NCBI GenBank assembly: GCA_019634345.1
Contig: JAHQVL010000167.1
Coordinates: forward strand, 24,992 to 88,991
Direction: 5' to 3'
DNA: 64,000 nucleotides
Source of the DNA: Rhodothermaceae bacterium
GTDB taxonomy: Bacteria > Bacteroidota > Rhodothermia > Rhodothermales > JAHQVL01
How positions within the stretch are numbered: the stretch's first letter is position 1; every line of letters begins with the position of its first letter. This document shows positions 57,695 through 64,000 of the stretch, one piece after another. Made by a program: the position numbers and the translations under genes. The notes under the pieces were generated by a model. The model saw nothing but the letters and a program-made list of their open reading frames with translations, ran no database searches and was not told the origin of the DNA.

Positions 57695-59115
57695 CCTTCT
57701 TGCATGGATTTTAGAAAACCATCTGCCCATGTGTGGACATCAAGCCGATTCACTCTTTCCTTCAACGTCGATAATCGCTCTTTTTTCTCTGCATCTGGGA
57801 GTTCCAAAGCAATTTTAATTGCGTTCATCACCCCCTCCTGATCGTAAGGGTTCACCAATACCGATTCGGGTAGAATATGGGCTGCTCCGGTCAGTTCGGA
57901 TAACACGAGCACACCGTGATCCGTAGCCGTAATAAATTCTTGGGTGACCAGATTCATCCCGTCTCTTAATGGAGTTATTAAAGCGGCATCAGCGGCTCTG
58001 TAGATGGAACACAGCTCATCCTGGCTAAATGTCCTGTACGCGTACCGGACTGGAGACCAGATACCTCGTGTATAGGCCCCATTGATTCTGCCAACCGCTT
58101 CATCCACTTCTCGCTTGAGTTGTTGGTAGGATCCTACATCTGTACGGCTTGGTGTAGCGACCTGATAGAAGGTTACCCGACCATGATACTCCTCGTATTG
58201 TTGCAGGAAGGACTCAAAGGCCAGCAATCGAGACAATACCCCTTTTGTATAATCCAGCCTATCAATACCAATAACCAGGAAGTCCGTCCCTACTTGCGAA
58301 CGAAGCAAATCAGCATCCCGCTTAACGGTAGTGCTATTAGCGACCTTGTGAAAGTAGGCCGTATCTACGCCGATGGGATGGGCTTCAACTCGAATTTCAC
58401 GTCCCTGCCAAAAAATGATATTCCCGTCTATTTTAGCCCCCAACAATACACGTACACTGTCCAGAAAATTTTCTACGTATTCTTCGATATGGAATCCTAT
58501 AAGATCGCTTCCTAACAATCCCTGGATAAGCTCTCGAGCCCAGGGCAGGATTCGAAACACCTCCATGGCAGGCCATGGAATATGCCAAAAATGAGCAATT
58601 TTAGCCTCTGGATGAATCGACCGTATTTGTTGTGGGGCGAGCATTAAATGATAATCCTGTAACCAGATATAATCGCCTTCACGATACCCACTCAATACCG
58701 CGTCAACAAACTTTTTGTTAATGGCCTCATACGTTTCAAAGTATGAACGCTTTAACTGAAGATGTTGAATCATATAATGAGCAACAGGCCAGATGGCCTG
58801 ATTTGCCATACCAGAATAATAGTCCGCTTTTTCCTGCTCTGAGAGTTGAATTCTGAGAATATCAAAAGCCGGCTTCTCTTCAGGGAAATGCTGGGTTTCT
58901 GGCGCCTCATCATTTTCAGCCATACTTACCCAAAGGCCTGATTGCTTTTCCAATACAGGCAATAAGGCCGTTGCTAACCCTCCAACTGCAGGAACCCATT
59001 TATCCTGGCTAAGGCGTACGGGAGCTCTGTTTGCAACAATGATAAGTCGGTTTCGATGAGCAGTGGAAGACGTAGCCCCATACGTTGAACACTCCTCATT
59101 TTGAGCAGGATGCAT
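57691..59115 (-). CDS. otsA: Alpha,alpha-trehalose-phosphate synthase (GT20)
   Basis: GT20 pattern LQDYHLMLAP, FWHIPWP, LITPLRDGMNLV. ATG at 59115 preferred over the TTG at 59130. Confidence 0.9.
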   Translation of the reverse strand: MHPAQNEECSTYGATSSTAHRNRLIIVANRAPVRLSQDKWVPAVGGLATALLPVLEKQSGLWVSMAENDEAPETQHFPEEKPAFDILRIQLSEQEKADYYSGMANQAIWPVAHYMIQHLQLKRSYFETYEAINKKFVDAVLSGYREGDYIWLQDYHLMLAPQQIRSIHPEAKIAHFWHIPWPAMEVFRILPWARELIQGLLGSDLIGFHIEEYVENFLDSVRVLLGAKIDGNIIFWQGREIRVEAHPIGVDTAYFHKVANSTTVKRDADLLRSQVGTDFLVIGIDRLDYTKGVLSRLLAFESFLQQYEEYHGRVTFYQVATPSRTDVGSYQQLKREVDEAVGRINGAYTRGIWSPVRYAYRTFSQDELCSIYRAADAALITPLRDGMNLVTQEFITATDHGVLVLSELTGAAHILPESVLVNPYDQEGVMNAIKIALELPDAEKKERLSTLKERVNRLDVHTWADGFLKSMQEG

Positions 59116-59257
59116 GCGTTTATAGTACAACTGAGTGTGTCAGAGGATATCAGAGAGTTCTTCAGATTGGACGTACTGAACTCAATTAGTGCACGATTGG
59201 ACTCTACATAACGATATGCATAGAGTTCCTCAGAATTGCCGCAGGAAAGCTATCCAG

Positions 59258-60151
59258 CTATCTAGTAATCAAAACTTCATATGAGGAACGGGCAAGACTA
59301 CCAAAGATTCCCGTCCCCCCTTCTACACGATCAATCACATTAGGAATCTCACCTGGAGCCAGGGTAGACCCCCCTTGTTGAACAGTTTGTGAGCGAATAA
59401 AATCAAACATGTTATCATCCAGGGCATTTGCAGTCAGCCTATTCGGACCAAAAAAGGCTACAGCAAGCCAGGGCAACTTTACAGTAATGGTTCCATTTTC
59501 ATTCACTTCATAGTTGCCCTCGTTGATGATTGGCGATTCGGTAATTCTTAAATCTTCCAAGTCATCCTCGTCATCTCCGATCAAATCTCTGTAGAACGGC
59601 GTCAACAAATCTATCGTAGGTTGTAGCGACTCTGTAGCAAAAACGAATACACTTTGACGGCCAGGAGTTATGCTTCTTGTTAACTCTAGTTCAAGTTGTT
59701 CATCAGACTGGTATTCAATGATGGTTGCATTGGCTTGCAACAACTCAAAAGCACCTGGGACAAGAGTGGTAGAAGTGACTTCATCTAATGTGCCAGGCAA
59801 ATCAACGTCCAGGCGATATTGCCTCCCTGGGACGACTCGATGAGGAATCGCAGGTTTGTATATGCCGGGCTCTTCGCTATTGGTCACAAAATCGAAGACG
59901 CGTTCTGCAGAACTTCCATCTTCAGTAAGCAAACTTACCGTCACATTTGCATTGGAAATAGCAGAAGCGGTAAAGTCATAGGCCTGATTAACGGAAGAGC
60001 TTCTACTCAATCGTACTTGATTTAGCGGCTCATTGGCTATCAAATAAGACTCAACAACTATTTCACGGTCATCGCCACCAGAATCGGTTGAATCACAGCC
60101 ACCGAGGCCAACGCATAAAACTAAGATTGCAAGTACTAATTTATAATCCAT
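59258..60151 (-). CDS. DUF4249-like lipoprotein, partner of the upstream TonB-dependent receptor
   Basis: ATG at 60151 gives MDYKLVLAILVLCVGLGGC, a lipobox. Starts 13 nt downstream of the receptor stop. Confidence 0.7.
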   Translation of the reverse strand: MDYKLVLAILVLCVGLGGCDSTDSGGDDREIVVESYLIANEPLNQVRLSRSSSVNQAYDFTASAISNANVTVSLLTEDGSSAERVFDFVTNSEEPGIYKPAIPHRVVPGRQYRLDVDLPGTLDEVTSTTLVPGAFELLQANATIIEYQSDEQLELELTRSITPGRQSVFVFATESLQPTIDLLTPFYRDLIGDDEDDLEDLRITESPIINEGNYEVNENGTITVKLPWLAVAFFGPNRLTANALDDNMFDFIRSQTVQQGGSTLAPGEIPNVIDRVEGGTGIFGSLARSSYEVLITR

Positions 60152-60164
60152 CCTGGTGTTGCTT

Positions 60165-62429
60165 CTAGAATCGAATGGTAAACGATAGGTTAGGAATAGG
60201 TACAGGAATTTGAGGAATGGTATTCCGGGTAACGGTATTGTCATCTTCAAATTCAAAGAAATAAAACCAAACGTTCTCCCTTCCATAGACATTGATGAGT
60301 TGGATCTGCAATTCTGACTCTGCGAATTTAAAGAACTTGCCGAGCCGAGAGAATCCTACATCCAGCCGGTGATAGGCCGGCAAACGAGCCTCGTTAAAAG
60401 GGCTGATTAGTGTACTCCTTACTTCCGAGCTAATGGGATCATCCAATAATTTATACTGGGTTACCGGTTCAGTGTATGCCTGTCCAGTAGCCAGAGAGAA
60501 TACACTTGTCAGACGCCATCTTGAACTAAGATCATAATTCGCCACGATGTTTAAATCGTGGCGGCGGTCATATTTAGGCGTGAAGTATTCAAAGTCATTT
60601 ATGTTTGGAAAGCGACGTTCGGTCTGCCCATAGGTATACCCAATAAACCCATTGAGCCGGCCTTCATCCTTTCGAAACTGCATCTCTGCGCCATACGCAA
60701 ACCCTTCTCCAAAGGTAAAAAGCTGAGAGTAGTCAAGGCCGGCAGCGTCTGGCAAGAACGGATCTAATTGAAATAGATCCTCCATGGTACGGAAATATAC
60801 TTCGAAGTCCAGGGCGTACTCTGTTGTCAAGTCGGTCTTAATCCCAGCAACAAACTGGTCACCGAATGAAGGCCTGACACCGTCATCGGTTGTTAGCCAT
60901 AAATCAAATCCAGTAAACAGTTCGCTTGTAATCAGGGTTAAGAACTGGTTATATCGCCCATATCCCAGTTGAAGACGCGTCGTTGGGTTTGGACGATGCT
61001 CAACACTGATACGGGGCTCAACTCTCAGGTACTCTCCCTGGTTGAAGTAATTTAGTCTGACCCCAACCTGAAACTGCCAATCTCTCCTCGGCCGATAGAT
61101 TTCTTGAACATACAACGACCCGTAAGAAGATTGAATGCGCTCAACGAGCCCCTCCTGGCCATCGAATTCGTCTCTTAGCCTGAAGGTAAATAAGCCGCCC
61201 CAAAACCCTATTTTTAATGAATGAATATCATTGGGTATAAACTCGAAGTCCCCTTTAGCGGAGAGATCCCAGACATTGTTTGTTCTATTAAACTCCGTAC
61301 CCGCTACCTGGAAAATGGGCTCATTAAAATACCGAGAGTATGTAAGGGTGAAATTTGAGAATAGACGCTGGGAAAAGATGTGCGTCCAATTTGTACTCAG
61401 CGTCCTGTTTCCATACGCAAGATCAATGCGAGCATCATCTACAAAAGGCAGATCCAGTTGATCCGTACCCCCATAGAATGCTACAGAAAACCGATCATTT
61501 TCAGAAGCATCAAAATTGACCTTTCCATTGATATCTATGAAATAGAAACTGTTTGGAATCCCATCGACATCCTGATTTCTCAATACAGCCAACAGGGGCT
61601 CAAGAGTCGACCTTCGTACTGCGAACATCCACGATCCCTTGCTATAGGGCCCTTCAACAAAAGCTCTAGAAGCCAACAGTCCTAAACTAAGACCGCCTTT
61701 CGTTTCCAGACGATTCCCATCTTTGTTATAAATATCAACAACAGAACCCAGGCGACCTCCATACTCCGAAGGATACCCTCCTTTGTACAGGCGCACGTCC
61801 TTGATCGCATCAGGATTGAAGGTAGAGAAGAAGCCAAAAAAGTGAGAAGGGTTATAAACGGTCGTTCGATCCAACAAAATGAGGGTTTGATCCGGGCTTC
61901 CACCGCGTATATAAAGCCCACTCGAATAATCGGATGCCGCTTTTACACCAGGAATGAGCTGGAGAGAGCGGAAAACATCAGGTTCAAGGATAGTGGGGAG
62001 GCGCTGAACAGACTCTATAGCCAGTTGGCTTACCCCGATACTACGTGTTTCTTCCTCGAGTTCTTTTTCTGCTGTGACCTCTACGCCTTCAAGCAGTACG
62101 CCTTCAGGCGTAAGGTTTATATCGAGCCGTTGCGCTTCACCGTCAGCAAGCGTGATCTCCTGGCGAAATGTTGTGTACCCGATATAGGTACAGACAATCT
62201 CGTAAGTCCCTTCAGGTAATCCTGTGAGGGTATAATACCCAGAGTTATTCGTTGCTGTCCCAAAAGCCGTATTTATAAGAATAACATTAGCAAATAATAG
62301 CGTTTCACCAGAGGTAGCATCCTTCACAAAGCCATTTAACGAAGCACTGTTTTGCGAAAATGCAGGCGCAGTGTAAATAAATCCAATGAGAAGAGATAGG
62401 AGTAGTTTAACACAAAATCGATACGGCAT
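60165..62429 (-). CDS. TonB-dependent receptor with N-terminal CarboxypepD_reg domain
   Basis: Signal peptide MPYRFCVKLLLSLLIGFIYTAPAFSQ; alternative starts at 62444 and 62456. Carboxypeptidase-regulatory-like fold, plug, barrel, and a terminal F. Confidence 0.85.
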   Translation of the reverse strand: MPYRFCVKLLLSLLIGFIYTAPAFSQNSASLNGFVKDATSGETLLFANVILINTAFGTATNNSGYYTLTGLPEGTYEIVCTYIGYTTFRQEITLADGEAQRLDINLTPEGVLLEGVEVTAEKELEEETRSIGVSQLAIESVQRLPTILEPDVFRSLQLIPGVKAASDYSSGLYIRGGSPDQTLILLDRTTVYNPSHFFGFFSTFNPDAIKDVRLYKGGYPSEYGGRLGSVVDIYNKDGNRLETKGGLSLGLLASRAFVEGPYSKGSWMFAVRRSTLEPLLAVLRNQDVDGIPNSFYFIDINGKVNFDASENDRFSVAFYGGTDQLDLPFVDDARIDLAYGNRTLSTNWTHIFSQRLFSNFTLTYSRYFNEPIFQVAGTEFNRTNNVWDLSAKGDFEFIPNDIHSLKIGFWGGLFTFRLRDEFDGQEGLVERIQSSYGSLYVQEIYRPRRDWQFQVGVRLNYFNQGEYLRVEPRISVEHRPNPTTRLQLGYGRYNQFLTLITSELFTGFDLWLTTDDGVRPSFGDQFVAGIKTDLTTEYALDFEVYFRTMEDLFQLDPFLPDAAGLDYSQLFTFGEGFAYGAEMQFRKDEGRLNGFIGYTYGQTERRFPNINDFEYFTPKYDRRHDLNIVANYDLSSRWRLTSVFSLATGQAYTEPVTQYKLLDDPISSEVRSTLISPFNEARLPAYHRLDVGFSRLGKFFKFAESELQIQLINVYGRENVWFYFFEFEDDNTVTRNTIPQIPVPIPNLSFTIRF

Positions 62430-62532
62430 CGATGTGCAATGCATATGTAATAACACTTAGATGGGAAATAAATAATTTTAAGGAAGGTACGCCGCTAAAC
62501 TATTGTTGTTACACGCTAACGTTACCTTACAG

Positions 62533-63648
62533 TTAAGAGCGATATACAATTTCAATTTTTTCCTGTGAAGGCATCGTGGCCCTGTACAATGAGGTCTGGT
62601 GAAGCGTTTGATCAGCCAGTTCATTAAAGGCTTTTGCAGAGGGGCTTTCCGTAATTCGTTCCATTAGAGGGACTCCGTCATCCCCACTTTCTCGAAGCAG
62701 CACTTCAATAGGAATTTCGCCTAAAAAGGGTACATTTAATTCAGTTGCAAGATTTCTTGCTCCCCCTTCACCAAAGATATAATACTTTTTGTCTGGCAGT
62801 TCAGGAGGAGTAAAAAAGGCCATGTTTTCAATGATACCTAGAACCGGTACATTCACGTTCTGAAACATAGCCACTCCCCTGCGTGCATCAGCAAGGGCAA
62901 CGGTTTGAGGGGTAGAAACAATAATAGAACCGGTTAGAGCAACCGTTTGGACAATAGTCAATTGGATGTCTCCAGTTCCCGGAGGCAAATCCAATAAAAG
63001 AAAATCAAGATCTCCCCAATCAGCATCGCTCAAAAATTGTCGCACGGCGTTGGATACCATCGGCCCTCTCCAGATTACGGCCTGGTTTGTATCGGTAAGA
63101 AATCCCATAGAGAGTAATTTCACACCGAAGCGCTCGAGGGGGATGATCTTCCGGTCCTGATTCACTCGAGGCTTTTCCTCTTTGATCCCAAACATGGTTG
63201 GGATAGAAGGGCCATATATATCCGTATCAACAAGACCTACGTTATATCCTTTTTTTACTAAAGAAACAGCCAGGTTCACGGCTACGGTGCTCTTTCCAAC
63301 CCCTCCTTTTCCAGAGGCGATTGCTAATACCGTTGCTCGCCCAAAGTCTGGCTTTGATGAAACCTTGCCTCCCTGCATAATATCCTGGCCCAGGCCTATC
63401 ATTGCAGTCTCAAGAGTCACGTTTACGTCAACGGGAGCACCTACTTTTTCCGATATTAATTCCCTGGCTTTGGACTCCACATTCTCTAGAAATTTGGGAG
63501 TCCGACCTTCTACAACAATGGAGAACTGTACGGTATTGGTATTAACCTTGAGATCCCTGACCAAATCCTCTCTAAGAATATCACGACCGGTATCTGGGTT
63601 CTTGATCGATTTCAGTACCTGAATAACAACTTCTGCAGATAGCTTCAT
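62533..63648 (-). CDS. mrp: Mrp/NBP35/ApbC-family P-loop ATPase with N-terminal DUF59-like domain
   Basis: Walker A SGKGGVGKST. The translated protein contains no cysteine. Confidence 0.9.
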   Translation of the reverse strand: MKLSAEVVIQVLKSIKNPDTGRDILREDLVRDLKVNTNTVQFSIVVEGRTPKFLENVESKARELISEKVGAPVDVNVTLETAMIGLGQDIMQGGKVSSKPDFGRATVLAIASGKGGVGKSTVAVNLAVSLVKKGYNVGLVDTDIYGPSIPTMFGIKEEKPRVNQDRKIIPLERFGVKLLSMGFLTDTNQAVIWRGPMVSNAVRQFLSDADWGDLDFLLLDLPPGTGDIQLTIVQTVALTGSIIVSTPQTVALADARRGVAMFQNVNVPVLGIIENMAFFTPPELPDKKYYIFGEGGARNLATELNVPFLGEIPIEVLLRESGDDGVPLMERITESPSAKAFNELADQTLHQTSLYRATMPSQEKIEIVYRS

Positions 63649-63730
63649 GACAAAATTCTTTTATTCTATCCTTGTAAATCCTTAGAAAAGAAAGGGTAAA
63701 AACATGCGGCTGTAGGACGAGAGGTTGTAC

Positions 63731-64000
63731 TTATTGTTCCTTTTTTTGCATTACAACACAATACCATTCGCCCTCGTAAGAGTGCCGAATTATCTGAAAA
63801 CCCGCCGATTCAAACACTTCTCGAACTGTATCTGCATCACCCCTCAGTACGCCCGACAAGAGGAGATATCCCTTTGGCTTCAGCTTTGAAACAAAGAACA
63901 TGCTATTATCAAGCAATACGTTCAAATTGATGTTTGCAAATACCACATCGAACTCGCCTTCCTCTATGACCTCAAACGATCCTTGCCGGAGAATTATCTG
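63731..64000 (-). CDS. prmA: Ribosomal protein L11 methyltransferase-like SAM methyltransferase (C-terminal part; gene continues beyond the window)
   Basis: The frame stays open to base 64000. PrmA-like C-terminus FDVVFANI...LLLSGVL...EGEWYCV. Confidence 0.65.
   Translation of the reverse strand, partial: QIILRQGSFEVIEEGEFDVVFANINLNVLLDNSMFFVSKLKPKGYLLLSGVLRGDADTVREVFESAGFQIIRHSYEGEWYCVVMQKKEQ

Noticed and set aside
1-64000. Search for mobile elements, prophage, toxin-antitoxin or defence islands
   Set aside because: No integrase, transposase, recombinase, restriction-modification, Cas, nuclease/helicase defence-like or phage structural signatures appear in any ORF of 60 aa or more. I also saw no long terminal inverted or direct repeats. 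The window reads as core chromosome.

Overview
Dense chromosomal window with about 47 protein genes on both strands. I found no rRNA, tRNA, CRISPR-cas, transposase, integrase or recognisable defence genes. Gene content suggests a Bacteroidota/Rhodothermota (Balneolales-like), possibly halophilic and flagellated organism. That guess rests on BamA, a CarboxypepD_reg TonB-dependent receptor with DUF4249, 67K SppA, a fused E1 alpha/beta dehydrogenase, a cysteine-free Mrp and otsBA plus GH15; it is inference only. Recognisable blocks: nth-gpmI; an Rrf2 regulator followed by an RND/MMPL, LolA-like and beta-barrel module; three OmpR-type two-component pairs; bamA; a six-gene chemotaxis operon (HDOD-cheA-cheW-MCP-cheB-cheR); ddl/pyrC/alr; a trehalose cluster. 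The least explained signals are non-coding. One is an array of 8-9 tandem 41/42-bp repeats downstream of hsp20. The other is a set of period-7 microsatellites at gene boundaries, including 15 copies in the leader of a Cys/Met PLP enzyme gene and an inverted pair flanking a gene start. At the protein level the notable items are a secreted charge-segregated Ser/Arg-rich plus Asp/Tyr-rich protein, a Rieske-TPP enzyme fusion, a globin-PAS-PAS soluble chemoreceptor, and a 743-aa membrane-anchored coiled-coil orphan next to an EF-hand protein. All functional calls come from motif recognition by eye; no database search was possible.
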